DNA of 64,000 nucleotides from Brevundimonas sp. (GCF_046295075.1 NZ_JBKBOC010000001.1:20802-84801); one strand, 5' to 3'. Counted from the stretch's first letter, positions 1-10,017 are shown. Notes: a model not told the origin generated them from the sequence alone. Program-made: numbers and translations.

Positions 1-1269
1 ACGGCGGGCGAACTGCGCGAGGTCGGCGAGCTGCTGGCCTTCCTGCGTAATCCGACGCCGCCGCGCGGTCTGGGCGATGCGATGGAGATGCTGCCGCTGA
101 TGCAGACCGTCATGTCGATGCGACCCAAGACGGTGAAGAAGGCGCCGGTGCAGGAGGTGGTGCTGAAGGGCGACCAGATCGACCTGACCGCCCTGCCCGT
201 CCAGTCGTGCTGGCCCGGCGAGCCCGCGCCCCTGATCACCTGGGGCCTGGTCGTGACCAAGGGGCCAAGCGAGGACCGCGAGGACGACTTCAACCTGGGC
301 ATCTATCGGATGCAGGTCCTGGGCAAGGACAAGGCCATCATGCGCTGGCTGGCGCACCGGGGCGGGGCGCAACACTATGCACGGCACAAGAAGGCCCGGC
401 CCAAGGAGCCCCTGCCCTGCGCCGTGGTCCTGGGCGCCGATCCGGGGACTATCCTGGCGGCGGTGACCCCGGTGCCTGACACCCTGTCGGAATATCAGTT
501 CGCCGGTCTGATGCGGGGCGCCAAGGCCGAGTTGGTGCCGTGCAAGACCGTGCCGCTGATGGTGCCGGCCCAGGCCGAGATCGTGCTGGAGGGCCACGTC
601 CTGTTGAACGAGTTCGAGGACGAGGGCCCGTATGGCGATCACACCGGCTATTACAATTCGGTCGAGAAGTTCCCCGTGTTTCAGGTCAGCGCCATCACCA
701 TGCGCAAGGACCCGATCTATCTGACCACCTTCACAGGCCGGCCGCCCGACGAACCCAGCGTGCTGGGCGAGGCGCTGAACGAGGTCTTCATTCCGCTGTT
801 GCGCCAGCAGTTCCCGGAGATCGTCGACTTCTGGCTGCCGCCCGAGGGCTGCAGCTATCGGATCGCCGTGGTGTCGATGAAGAAGGCCTATCCGGGCCAC
901 GCCAAGCGGGTGATGCTGGGCGTCTGGAGCTATCTGCGCCAGTTCATGTACACCAAATGGGTCATCGTGGTGGACCACGACATCAACGCCCGCGACTGGA
1001 AGGACGTCATGTGGGCCATCTCGACCAAGATGGATCCGGCGCGCGACATCACCGTGATCGAATCGACGCCCATCGACTATCTGGACTTCGCGAGCCCCGA
1101 GAGCGGCCTGGGCTCCAAGATCGGCCTGGACGCCACCGACAAATGGCCGCCCGAGACCAAGCGCGAATGGGGCGAGGAAATCCGCATGGACGAGGCGGTG
1201 GTCGAGCGGGTTTCAGACATGTGGGACCGGCTGGGCCTGCCCGGCGACAGCGCGCCGATCTGGAAGTAG
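1..1269 (+). CDS. ubiD: UbiD family (3-octaprenyl-4-hydroxybenzoate) decarboxylase, 5'-truncated by the window edge
   Basis: Frame is open from base 1. UbiD motifs [18 protein letters not shown] and [19 protein letters not shown] are present. Confidence 0.93.
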   Translation, partial: TAGELREVGELLAFLRNPTPPRGLGDAMEMLPLMQTVMSMRPKTVKKAPVQEVVLKGDQIDLTALPVQSCWPGEPAPLITWGLVVTKGPSEDREDDFNLGIYRMQVLGKDKAIMRWLAHRGGAQHYARHKKARPKEPLPCAVVLGADPGTILAAVTPVPDTLSEYQFAGLMRGAKAELVPCKTVPLMVPAQAEIVLEGHVLLNEFEDEGPYGDHTGYYNSVEKFPVFQVSAITMRKDPIYLTTFTGRPPDEPSVLGEALNEVFIPLLRQQFPEIVDFWLPPEGCSYRIAVVSMKKAYPGHAKRVMLGVWSYLRQFMYTKWVIVVDHDINARDWKDVMWAISTKMDPARDITVIESTPIDYLDFASPESGLGSKIGLDATDKWPPETKREWGEEIRMDEAVVERVSDMWDRLGLPGDSAPIWK

Positions 1270-1270
1270 A

Positions 1271-1585
1271 TCAGGCGGGACCGGCGGCCGCGCCGAGGAC
1301 GCCCAGGATCGCCACGACGGCGCCGACATAGTTGAGCCGCGACCGGGTGTAGGACCGCACCCGGTCCTTGCCTCTGATCAGCCGCACGACGAAATAGACG
1401 AGGGTGTGGACGAAGTAGAAGACGATGATCGGTGCGAAGAACAGACGCCCCACGGCAAACCCCCACATACCTATGGAGGCCATGTGCGCCGCCGCCGCAG
1501 CGTTGAACAGGAAGGCCGTGGCGAGGATCAAGCCGAGCGAGATGATCTGGTGCATGATGGGTCCGACACTGACGGCGATACGCAA
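1271..1585 (-). CDS. Small hypothetical membrane protein (start may be the ATG at 1555)
   Basis: 104-aa ORF with about three hydrophobic segments, convergent with ubiD. Confidence 0.6.
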   Translation of the reverse strand: MRIAVSVGPIMHQIISLGLILATAFLFNAAAAAHMASIGMWGFAVGRLFFAPIIVFYFVHTLVYFVVRLIRGKDRVRSYTRSRLNYVGAVVAILGVLGAAAGPA

Positions 1586-1666
1586 ATAATGCGGTCAAGC
1601 TTGATTGGCTCCCGGCAATCCAGAGGCGAATTTTCGGCGGCCTGAAAACCGTGACCGGTCAATCAC

Positions 1667-1683
1667 TTGCGATTTATTCGCAG
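1667..1683. promoter_or_regulatory. Candidate Fur-type operator (TGCGA-N5-TCGCA palindrome)
   Basis: Sequence ttgcgatttattcgcag; same spacing as the boxes upstream of the TonB receptor. Confidence 0.35.
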
Positions 1684-1782
1684 TTAATGGCGATTTTTCG
1701 AGAACCCGAGCTTGGCCGTAGCGTTCTCCTTGTCCAACTCCGGCTAAGCTGAACCTTGGCCGGTCCAGGAAGGGAAAATCAC

Positions 1783-2715
1783 ATGAAGTTTCGGACAGCT
1801 GTAAGCGCCATGGCCTTGGTCTGCGCGATGACGATGGGCCTTGCGGCCTGCGGACAGGGCGACGCCAAGGGCGGGGCCGATGGGAAATCTCAATCGGTGA
1901 GCGCCGCTGCGGGCAGCGAGCTGACCCAGCAGAAGCAGGGTCTCTATACCGAGGGCTTCAACAAGCTGATCGATGACAGCTGGGGCGTGCCGAACAACTT
2001 CGAAAACTATCAGAAGCTGGATATCCCGAACGCCAGCGCGACCAGCTCGATCTCCTTCCCCGAAAACATCACCACGCTGGAAACGGCGATCGAGAAGCTG
2101 AAGGAAGGCAAGGCGTTCGCGGGCGGAACTCAGAGCCGACGCACCGACGCTGCGGTCGACAAGCTGCTGCCGCAACTGGAAGCCCTGCTGGCGCAGTGGA
2201 AGACGCTGGATCCCTATTATGAATCCCGCGCCTATCGCGAAGACGGGCTGGCCAAGGGCAAGGCGGCCCACGCCGCCCTGATGACCGCGTATCAAGGCGC
2301 GATCGCCGGGATCGGCGAACTGGACGCCGCCCTGAGCGAATACCAGCGCGCCAGCAATGCGGCCAAGATCGAGGCCCTGACCAAGAGCGGCCACACCGCC
2401 GAGGCCAGCCTGATCGACGCCATGCAGAAGGCCGATCACTTCACCACCGCCGTCATCGAGGACAGGGCGGACGAAGCGGATCGTCTGCTGCCCGAGTTCG
2501 TGGCTGCAGCCGCCAAGCTGCGCGAAGCCGAAGCCGCCTTGCCCGCAGACAACGAGAACAAGTCGGAGTTCGGCTCCATCGCCGGCTACGTCGACTCGAT
2601 GATCGGCTCTTGGCGCGACTACAAGCAGAGCAAGAGCGACTATGAGCGCGAAAGCATCGTGGACGACTACAATCGCGCCATCGACCGGATGGGCGACGTC
2701 GAAATGCCTGCCTGA
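1783..2715 (+). CDS. YiiG/DUF3829-like lipoprotein
   Basis: ATG at 1783 follows an AG-rich RBS. Lipobox LAAC. The helical body with LxxYYExxxYxEDxxAKGK resembles DUF3829. Confidence 0.7.
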   Translation: MKFRTAVSAMALVCAMTMGLAACGQGDAKGGADGKSQSVSAAAGSELTQQKQGLYTEGFNKLIDDSWGVPNNFENYQKLDIPNASATSSISFPENITTLETAIEKLKEGKAFAGGTQSRRTDAAVDKLLPQLEALLAQWKTLDPYYESRAYREDGLAKGKAAHAALMTAYQGAIAGIGELDAALSEYQRASNAAKIEALTKSGHTAEASLIDAMQKADHFTTAVIEDRADEADRLLPEFVAAAAKLREAEAALPADNENKSEFGSIAGYVDSMIGSWRDYKQSKSDYERESIVDDYNRAIDRMGDVEMPA

Positions 2716-2723
2716 CGAGATCG

Positions 2724-2755
2724 CCGCCTCCGTCGCTTGCAAGTGACGGAGGCGG
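2724..2755 (+). terminator. Stem-loop, probable terminator
   Basis: 11-bp perfect stem ccgcctccgtc/gacggaggcgg just after the stop; no strong U-tract. Confidence 0.5.
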
Positions 2756-2808
2756 TGGACTGGCGGCGCTTCCCCGAACGGTCTAGCTTCCCTCCCTGAC
2801 ATCGGGGG

Positions 2809-3447
2809 ATGGCTGTGAGCGCATTCGAATTCTTCTTCAGCTTTTATGGCCTGCTGCTGGGCCTTTCGGTCGCCGAACTCGTGGGCGGGTTCGCGCGGGT
2901 GCTGCATGAGAAGCAGCGGATTCGTTTCGGCTGGCTGACGCCGATGCTGGCCCTGTTCGTGGCTATCGACATCGCCACCTTCTGGAACCAGGCCTGGGTC
3001 ATCTTCCGGGGCGCGCCGTTCAACACCTTCGTGCTGATCGTCTCGCTGGCCATCGCCGCGACCTTCTACGTGGCGGCCAGCGTGACCTTCCCGCGCGTCT
3101 CGGCCGAAGGCGGCGACGAGCGGATCGATGTGGACGACCATTTCTGGGCCCACCGACGGCTGGTGTTCAGCTGTATTCTGGCGGCCAATCTGATCGTCGC
3201 CGTGATCGTGATCATCCTGGCCCAGCTCAATCCTGGCTTTACACAGGTCGCCAGTTCGGTGCGCCTGTGGGTCGGCGTCGCCATCTTCGTGATCGGCACG
3301 GCGACGGCGGCCTTTGCGCCGTGGCGCAAGGTTGCGGTCGGGGCCTTGGTCGTCGTGCTGCTCTACAGTCTGTGGGGCATGGCGAACTCGGCGGCGTTGC
3401 TGGTCAGCGCCGGCGGTTGGGCGCCTGCGCTGGGCGGCGGCGGGTGA
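2809..3447 (+). CDS. Hypothetical polytopic membrane protein
   Basis: 212 aa with about six hydrophobic helices and host-like codon usage. Confidence 0.75.
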   Translation: MAVSAFEFFFSFYGLLLGLSVAELVGGFARVLHEKQRIRFGWLTPMLALFVAIDIATFWNQAWVIFRGAPFNTFVLIVSLAIAATFYVAASVTFPRVSAEGGDERIDVDDHFWAHRRLVFSCILAANLIVAVIVIILAQLNPGFTQVASSVRLWVGVAIFVIGTATAAFAPWRKVAVGALVVVLLYSLWGMANSAALLVSAGGWAPALGGGG

Positions 3448-3485
3448 CCGCTTGTCAGGCTGAGCCAATCGGCTCACGAAAGGCC

Positions 3486-5336
3486 ATGCGATCGATTTCC
3501 CTGATGTCGGCCCTTCTTGCCGTCCTAGCCTGTAGCGTGAGTCCCGCCATGTCTCAGTCGCCGTCCCGGCCGCCCGTCCTGTCCAATATCGCGCCCTGGG
3601 ACCAACCTTTCCTGCCGCCTGCGCCGGCATGGAACGGGGCGTCAAAGGACCTGTTGCGCGCCGCCTCCGATCCCTGGGTGACGCCGTTCGAGGCCGATCG
3701 GGGCCATGACTTCTCGCCCGATTACGCCGACACCCGGGTCTGGTTCGACCGTCTGGATCAGGCCAGCGACCTGATCCGCATCGAACAGTTCGGCGTCTCG
3801 CCCGAGGGACGACCGATCTATGCGGTGATCGCCTCCAAGGACGGGGCTGCGTTCGATCCGGCCAAGCCGGTGCTCATGATCCAGGCCGGCATCCATCCCG
3901 GCGAGATCGACGGCAAGGACGCGGGCATGATGCTGCTGCGCGACATCGCCTTCTACGGCAAGGACGCCCTGCTCGACCGGGTCAATCTGATCCTGATCCC
4001 CATCCTGTCAGTCGATGGCCACGAGCGGGCCAGCGCCTATTCCCGTCCCAACCAGCGCGGGCCACGCATCCAGGGCTGGCGCAATACGGCGACCAACCAG
4101 AACCTGAACCGCGACTATCTGAAGCTGGACCAGCCCGAGATGCGGGCGGTGCGGGGCCTGATCCTGAAATACCGGCCGGACCTCTATGTCGACGTCCACG
4201 TCACCGACGGCATGGATTACCAGTACGACATGACCTACGGCTTCAACGGGGAAGACGGGTCATTCAGTCGCTCGCCGAACGGCTCGGCCTGGCTGGACAG
4301 GGTTCTCAAGCCGGCGATGAATGCGGCGCTGGAGCGCGAGGGTCACATCCCCGGCGAGCTGGTGTTCGGCATGGATGACGACGAGCCCAGAAAGGGTCTG
4401 TCGGACGGCGGTCTGGGCGAGCGGTTCTCGAACGGCTGGGGCTCGGCGGCCCATGTGCCGACCATCCTGATCGAGAACCACAGCCTGAAACCCCATGAAC
4501 AACGGGTGCTGGGCACCTATGTCTTCATCGAGGAGGCGATGCGGCTGCTGGCCGATCAGGGCGCGGGTCTGAGGGCCGCGACCGAACAGGACAAGGCCCT
4601 GCGCCCGGCGCAGATCCCCGCCAACTTCGAGGCCGACGAGACGCCGTCGTCCACCCGGCCGTTCAAGGGCATCCTGTACGAGATGTACGACAGCGCGGCC
4701 TCGGGCCGTCAGGAAATCCGCTGGCTGGGCCGGCCCGATCCCGAGCTGTGGCAGATGCCCTTCTATGGGTCCAAACCGACCCTGACCCTGACGCGGCCGA
4801 CCGCCTATTGGGTGCCGGGTTATCGCACCGACATCATCGAACGGCTGAAGACGCACGGGATCGCGATGGAGACGGTCGAGGCGCCGCGCGCCGTGAACCT
4901 GTCGATGCTGCGCCTGGTCGAGCCCAAGCTCGCGACGCGGACCAACGAGGGTCACGTCCAGGCCTCGGTGAAGACAGTCGAGGTCGAGCGCCGCGACTGG
5001 ACCTTCCCGACCGGATCGGTGCGCGTGCCGACCGATCAGCCGCTGGGCGACATCGTCGTGCTGCTGCTGGAGCCGCAGTCGAGCGAGAGCTTCTTCGCCT
5101 GGGGCATGTTCCCCGAGGTCATGAGCCGGGTCGAATATATCGAGGCCTACGCCATCGCGCCGCTAGCGGACAAGATGATGGCGGCGAACCCTGCGCTGAA
5201 GGCCGAGTTCGAGGCCAGGCTGGCGGCCGATGCGGCGTTCGCGGCCGATCCCCAGGCGCGTCTGGCCTGGTTCTACGAACGCACGCCCTTCTATGACGAC
5301 CACTATCTGCTCTATCCCGTCGGGCGCGAGGACTGA
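3486..5336 (+). CDS. Secreted M14 family zinc carboxypeptidase
   Basis: Signal peptide, zinc motif GIHPGEIDG, NLNRDY and DVHVTDG. Confidence 0.88.
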   Translation: MRSISLMSALLAVLACSVSPAMSQSPSRPPVLSNIAPWDQPFLPPAPAWNGASKDLLRAASDPWVTPFEADRGHDFSPDYADTRVWFDRLDQASDLIRIEQFGVSPEGRPIYAVIASKDGAAFDPAKPVLMIQAGIHPGEIDGKDAGMMLLRDIAFYGKDALLDRVNLILIPILSVDGHERASAYSRPNQRGPRIQGWRNTATNQNLNRDYLKLDQPEMRAVRGLILKYRPDLYVDVHVTDGMDYQYDMTYGFNGEDGSFSRSPNGSAWLDRVLKPAMNAALEREGHIPGELVFGMDDDEPRKGLSDGGLGERFSNGWGSAAHVPTILIENHSLKPHEQRVLGTYVFIEEAMRLLADQGAGLRAATEQDKALRPAQIPANFEADETPSSTRPFKGILYEMYDSAASGRQEIRWLGRPDPELWQMPFYGSKPTLTLTRPTAYWVPGYRTDIIERLKTHGIAMETVEAPRAVNLSMLRLVEPKLATRTNEGHVQASVKTVEVERRDWTFPTGSVRVPTDQPLGDIVVLLLEPQSSESFFAWGMFPEVMSRVEYIEAYAIAPLADKMMAANPALKAEFEARLAADAAFAADPQARLAWFYERTPFYDDHYLLYPVGRED

Positions 5337-5339
5337 TCG

Positions 5340-5747
5340 ATGACCACACCGCTGATGTACGCCGTCCAGGCCGCCGCCCTGTGGAGCGGCCTGCTGATCC
5401 TGATGATGCTGGTGCTGTCGGGCATCGTGGTCAGCGGACGGCGCAAGCACATGGTGTCGTTCGGCGACGGCGGAAACCCCGACCTGATGGCCGCCAGCAG
5501 GGCGTTCGGCAATCTGGTGGAATATGCGACGCCGGGCATGATCGCCATGCTGCTGCTGGCCGCTGTGGGCGCGCCGGCCTGGATGGTGCACGGGGTGGGC
5601 GCGACCCTGCTGGTCGGACGGGTCGTCCACGCCCTGGGCCTGCTGTTCCAGACCGGGCCGTCGCTGGGACGGGTGATCGGCATGTTGCTGACCTGGGTGG
5701 CGCTGCTGAGCGCGGCCGTGGGCCTGATCGCCTTCGCCGTCGTCTGA
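5340..5747 (+). CDS. MAPEG family membrane protein
   Basis: RAFGNLVEY and GRVVHA motifs with four TM helices. Confidence 0.85.
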   Translation: MTTPLMYAVQAAALWSGLLILMMLVLSGIVVSGRRKHMVSFGDGGNPDLMAASRAFGNLVEYATPGMIAMLLLAAVGAPAWMVHGVGATLLVGRVVHALGLLFQTGPSLGRVIGMLLTWVALLSAAVGLIAFAVV

Positions 5748-5786
5748 CGCGGTTGCGGTGCAGCAAGCCGTCCGCCATATCGGGGC

Positions 5787-7142
5787 ATGACTGAAACCCT
5801 GGCTGCGCCCGTTTCCACCGATCTTCTCAACGACATCGTCAAGGCGGCCCTGAGGGCCGGCGCCGACGCCGCAGAGGCGGTCAGCGCCGACCGGCGGTCC
5901 CTGTCGGTCGGGGTGCGCAACGGAAAGCTGGAAGACGTCGAACGCGAGGAATCGCGCGACCTGGGCCTGCGGGTCTTTGTCGGCCAGCGCCAGGCGTCGG
6001 TCTCGGCCTCCGATCTTTCGCCCGCGACACAGGCGCGGCTGGTCGAGCGCGCCGTGGCCATGGCCCGCCTGGCGCCGGAAGATCCCCATGCCGGTTTCGC
6101 CACCGAGGATCGGCTGGCGCGCGGGCCGTTCGTCGATCTGGACCTGTTCGACCCCACCGAACGTAGCGCCGAAATCCTGGAACAGGTTTCGGCAGAGGCG
6201 GAAGCCGCAGCCCTGGCGGTGACGGGCGTCGCCCGGTCGGAAGGCGGCCATGCCTCCTGGTCGTCCAGCCGTTGGCGGCTGGTGACCTCGCATGGGTTCG
6301 ACGGCGCCTATGAGGGTTCGGCCTTCTCGCTGGGCGTCGGCGTCATCGCGGAAAAGGACGGGGCGATGGAGCGCGGCGGCGAGAGCCGTTCGATGCGCCA
6401 CCTGTCCGACCTGCCAGGCGCCGGATTGATCGGACGCACGGCCGGCGAACGCGCGGTCGCCCGCACCGGCGCACGCAAGATCGCCTCGACCACCGCCCCC
6501 GTCATCTTCGACAACCGGATGGCGGGCCAGATCGTCTCGCCGGCCATCGGCGCCATTTCCGGCCCGTCGATCGCGCGCGGCACCTCCTTTCTGAAGGACC
6601 GGATGGGCCAGCGGGTGTTCGCCGAGGGGGTGACCCTGATCGACGATCCGTTCCGTCCGCGCGGCATGGGCTCCACCCCGTTCGACGACGAAGGCGTAGC
6701 GGTCGAGAAGCGCGCCCTGTTCGACGACGGCGTCCTGACCACCTGGCTGTTGAACAGCGCATCCGCCCGGCAACTGGGCCTGCAATCCACCGGCCATGCG
6801 TCGCGGGGCCTGGCGGGGCCGTCCGGCGTCTCGACCCACAATCTGCACATGGAGCCGGGCGAACGGGATCTGGCGGGGCTGATGGCCGATGCAGGGACCG
6901 GCCTGCTGGTGACCTCGATGTTTGGACCGTCGCTGAACGGCAACACCGGCGACTGGTCCGCCGGGGTGTCGGGCTTCTGGTTCGAGAACGGCGTGATCGC
7001 CTATCCGGTCAACGAGGTCACGGTGGCCGGCAAGCTGACCGACCTGTATCTGCGCATCCAACGCGGATCGGACCTGGAGTTCCGGGGCGGGTTCAACGTG
7101 CCCAGTCTGATGTTCGACGCGGTGGCCATCGCGGGCAAATGA
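5787..7142 (+). CDS. pmbA: TldD/PmbA family protein (PmbA/TldE)
   Basis: Motifs PFDDEG, STGHASR and GDWSAG..GFWFENG. Confidence 0.9.
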   Translation: MTETLAAPVSTDLLNDIVKAALRAGADAAEAVSADRRSLSVGVRNGKLEDVEREESRDLGLRVFVGQRQASVSASDLSPATQARLVERAVAMARLAPEDPHAGFATEDRLARGPFVDLDLFDPTERSAEILEQVSAEAEAAALAVTGVARSEGGHASWSSSRWRLVTSHGFDGAYEGSAFSLGVGVIAEKDGAMERGGESRSMRHLSDLPGAGLIGRTAGERAVARTGARKIASTTAPVIFDNRMAGQIVSPAIGAISGPSIARGTSFLKDRMGQRVFAEGVTLIDDPFRPRGMGSTPFDDEGVAVEKRALFDDGVLTTWLLNSASARQLGLQSTGHASRGLAGPSGVSTHNLHMEPGERDLAGLMADAGTGLLVTSMFGPSLNGNTGDWSAGVSGFWFENGVIAYPVNEVTVAGKLTDLYLRIQRGSDLEFRGGFNVPSLMFDAVAIAGK

Positions 7143-7936
7143 TCGACCTGAACGCTGACCTCAATCTGATCCGGCAGGCGGCCATCGACGCCGGGGCGCT
7201 GGCGATCGCCGAACGCGAGGCCGGGCTGAAGATCGAGTCCAAGGTCGGCGGCTCGCCCGTCACCAGCGGCGACCTGAAGGTGGACGCCATGCTGAAGGAC
7301 CGGCTGCTGACGGCGCGGCCCGACTATGGCTGGCTGTCGGAAGAGACGGCGGATTCGGCCGAGCGGCTGTCGAAGCGGCGCATCTTCATCGTCGATCCCA
7401 TCGACGGCACCGTCGCCTATATGAAGCGGACGCCGTGGTGGTGCGTGCCCATCGCCGTCGTCGAGGACGGCGAGGTCGTCGCCGCCGTCATCCATGCGCC
7501 CGAGGTGGACGAGACCTATGTGGCTGTGCGCGGCGGCGGGGCCCGGCGCAACGGCCGGTCGATCCATGCCTCGGACGTGGCGACGCTGGAAGACGCCTCG
7601 ATTCTGGGCGATGCGCGACTGATCGAAGCGCCCTATTTCGACGACGAGCCCTGGCCGCCGATGCGGTTCGAAAAGCGCAACGCCTTGGCTTATCGGATGG
7701 CGCTGGTCGCCGCCGGCGCCTTCGACGCCGCCCTGGCCCTGACGCCGAAGTGGGACTGGGACGTCGCCGCCGGCTGGCTGATCGCCCAGGAGGCGGGCGC
7801 CAAGGTCAGCGACCATCACGGGCGGCCATGGGCTTTCAACCGGCCCGATCCGCGCCAGGCCAGCCTGGTCTGCGCCGCCCCGCTGATCCAGCCGATGATC
7901 GTGCGGCGCTGTAAAAACGTGCCTTTATCGACCTAA
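7139..7936 (+). CDS. cysQ: Inositol monophosphatase / CysQ family phosphatase
   Basis: Motifs WLSEE, VDPIDGT and WDVAAG; 4-nt overlap with pmbA. Confidence 0.8.
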   Translation: MIDLNADLNLIRQAAIDAGALAIAEREAGLKIESKVGGSPVTSGDLKVDAMLKDRLLTARPDYGWLSEETADSAERLSKRRIFIVDPIDGTVAYMKRTPWWCVPIAVVEDGEVVAAVIHAPEVDETYVAVRGGGARRNGRSIHASDVATLEDASILGDARLIEAPYFDDEPWPPMRFEKRNALAYRMALVAAGAFDAALALTPKWDWDVAAGWLIAQEAGAKVSDHHGRPWAFNRPDPRQASLVCAAPLIQPMIVRRCKNVPLST

Positions 7937-8041
7937 GCCGGGGGCGGAAAACCCCGCCCCACATTGATCCTTGGGCGTTCTCGGCCTATGCCGCGCGCAA
8001 AGCCCCTCCCCAGCCTTCGGGCCCAGCCTTCAGGATTTCCG

Positions 8042-8287
8042 ATGACCGATCAGAACGCCGTCCCGCCGCAACTTCTGCACATCGTCATCGGCGGCGAGCT
8101 TCGTCACCTGGGCGAGCCGACCTTCCGCGACCTGTCGCAGGTCGAATTCGTCGGCGCCTTCGGCAGCTATGACGAGGCCAAGAAGGCCTGGAAGGCCCGC
8201 GCACAGGCGACCGTGGACAACGCCCACATGCGCTATTTCATCCTGCACGCCCACAAGCTGATCGATCCGCGCGGCGACGTGGCCTGA
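8042..8287 (+). CDS. DUF4170 domain protein
   Basis: Pattern LHIVIGGEL...VGAFGSYDEAKKAWKARAQATVDNAHMRYFI in its usual position after cysQ. Confidence 0.85.
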   Translation: MTDQNAVPPQLLHIVIGGELRHLGEPTFRDLSQVEFVGAFGSYDEAKKAWKARAQATVDNAHMRYFILHAHKLIDPRGDVA

Positions 8288-8306
8288 TCCTGCGACATCG
8301 GGGAGC

Positions 8307-8332
8307 CGAACCGGCGCCCCGATCCAGACGTT
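8307..8332 (+). promoter_or_regulatory. Candidate ECF (SigT-like) promoter CGAAC-N17-CGTT
   Basis: One mismatch to GGAAC-N16/17-CGTT, 22 nt before the ATG at 8355. Confidence 0.4.
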
Positions 8333-8354
8333 AGGCGGGGATGCGAGCACGATC

Positions 8355-8558
8355 ATGAACCTGGAACCCCATCAGACCTTTCAACTGGTCAGCCTGCTGG
8401 CGGTGCTGGGGCTGTTCTGCTTTTCGCTCCGCGACAAGATGAACTACGCCCGCTGGTTCAAGCGTTGGGAGGCCGAGCGCAAGGCCCGACGCGACGCCGA
8501 ACTGGCGGCCGAGGCGCGCGCGAACGGCGACGAGCCGAAGACCGGCCCCTGGGACTGA
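8355..8558 (+). CDS. Small single-TM hypothetical protein (67 aa)
   Basis: N-terminal TM segment and a charged helical tail. Confidence 0.6.
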   Translation: MNLEPHQTFQLVSLLAVLGLFCFSLRDKMNYARWFKRWEAERKARRDAELAAEARANGDEPKTGPWD

Positions 8559-8574
8559 GGCCCACCCTCAAATC

Positions 8575-8697
8575 CGTCACCCTCGGGCTGGTCCCGAGGG
8601 CCCACCGTTGGGCTGACGCGACCAAAGAAGCCGCGCGACGGCTCTGATGTTCGAATGCGCGGCGCCGTAGGCCCTCGGGACAAGCCCGAGGGTGACG
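8575..8697. repeat. CGTC-tagged REP/REPIN-like element, family A copy 1
   Basis: Inverted ends cgtcaccctcgggctggtcccgagggccc ... ggccctcgggacaagcccgagggtgacg; each end is itself a hairpin. Confidence 0.9.
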
Positions 8698-8712
8698 AGT
8701 GGATGGGCTACC

Positions 8713-9378
8713 CTACTCCCGCCGCAGCAGCTTGTCGGTCAGCAGCGTGCCCCACCAGCCGGCCTTGAACTCGGCGCGGATGGCCTTGGGCTCGTAGTCG
8801 GGGCTGTCGACCCAGTCGATGAAGCTGATCCCCAGAGGTTCGATCTCGGCGACGTATTTCTCCAGCGTATAGTCGAGTACGCCGGTCAGCCCCTCGCGCG
8901 AGTGCAGATATTTCTTCGACAGCTGGTTCATGGCCACCGAAATCGGCTCGCCCAGGTGGAAGTGGCGATAGAAGACCGCCATCATCCCCGCCCGGTCCGC
9001 CCCCGACTTGCAGTGGATCAGCACCGGATACTGGATCGTCCTGAACAGCTCTCGGGCGCGGTGGATGCGGTCCGTCTGAGGCGGATCGCGCGAGTCCAGC
9101 GGGGCGTCGATCAGGGTCAGGCCCAGCCGTTCGCAGGCCTCCTTCTCCAGCCAGTAATAGCCCTCGTCGCGTTCACCGCGCAGGTTGATGACGGTGCGGA
9201 CGCCCTTCTTCTTCCAGTAGGCCAGCTGTCGCGGCGACGGCTGGTTGGTGCGCACCAGGTCCGGCCCCAGCCAGTGGGCGTTGGAAAACGCCACGCGCAG
9301 AAACGCGTGGTCGGCCCAGAAATAATGCCAATGCGCCCGGAAACGGCCCATCGCGGTCGAGAGGTCGAAGCGCGCCAT
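8713..9378 (-). CDS. ctpA: Dual-specificity/tyrosine phosphatase-like protein, CtpA orthologue (lipid A pathway)
   Basis: P-loop HCKSGADRAG. Divergent from msbA-lpxJ-waaA-lpxK, as Caulobacter ctpA is. Confidence 0.8.
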   Translation of the reverse strand: MARFDLSTAMGRFRAHWHYFWADHAFLRVAFSNAHWLGPDLVRTNQPSPRQLAYWKKKGVRTVINLRGERDEGYYWLEKEACERLGLTLIDAPLDSRDPPQTDRIHRARELFRTIQYPVLIHCKSGADRAGMMAVFYRHFHLGEPISVAMNQLSKKYLHSREGLTGVLDYTLEKYVAEIEPLGISFIDWVDSPDYEPKAIRAEFKAGWWGTLLTDKLLRRE

Positions 9379-9464
9379 GCCCGCCAGATAGCGATCCGAC
9401 GCCGCCGCGTCATCCGATCTCGATCCTGATGCGTTGGAATGTTCGGCAAGAACAGGAGGCCCAG

Positions 9465-9986
9465 ATGAAAACCCTCGCCACCGCAGCCGCCGTCGTGGCC
9501 AGCCTTTGGGCAGGCGCGGCCGTCGCCCAGACGCCGCCGCCCGAGGATCAGGCCCTGATCGCCTATCTGCGCGAACGAGCGAAGGAGGCGCTGGACACCA
9601 CCCGATACACGGCCGCGATCACCCCCGACGGCGGCACGACCCTGGTCTATCTGACGGGTCCGAACTGGTGCGGGTCGGGCGGGTGCCGACTGCTGGTGCT
9701 GGACCGAACCGGCGAGACCTATCGCTCGGTCGGCGAAATCAGCGTCGCCCGTGCGCCCATCCGGCTGCTGGAACAGCAGACCCACGGCCGTCGCGATCTG
9801 GGCGTCTATGTCGCTGGAGGCGGCATCACCCAAGGGTATGAGGCCGCCGTGCCGTTCGACGGGCGTCGCTATGCCTCCAATCCGACCGTCGCCCCCGCCG
9901 TCAGGATCGAAGATGCGCCGGGCGAAACCCTGATCCGCGCCGACGAACAGGGCCGCACGCTGGAACCGTCACCGGACAAGCCTTGA
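9465..9986 (+). CDS. Secreted hypothetical protein with WCGSGGC motif
   Basis: GGAGG RBS, signal peptide and a closely spaced Cys pair. Confidence 0.75.
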   Translation: MKTLATAAAVVASLWAGAAVAQTPPPEDQALIAYLRERAKEALDTTRYTAAITPDGGTTLVYLTGPNWCGSGGCRLLVLDRTGETYRSVGEISVARAPIRLLEQQTHGRRDLGVYVAGGGITQGYEAAVPFDGRRYASNPTVAPAVRIEDAPGETLIRADEQGRTLEPSPDKP

Positions 9987-10017
9987 CTTGAACGGCGGCT
10001 CGGACGACCGAGAGGCG

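Noticed and set aside
3267-3485. ORF-track N-terminal extensions (M14 peptidase, lpxJ from 10878, fbp from 30016, TetR from 37601, nagZ from 47665, PepSY from 51842)
   Set aside because: They run through neighbouring genes or repeat elements. Downstream starts fit signal peptides, RBSs and family N-termini.
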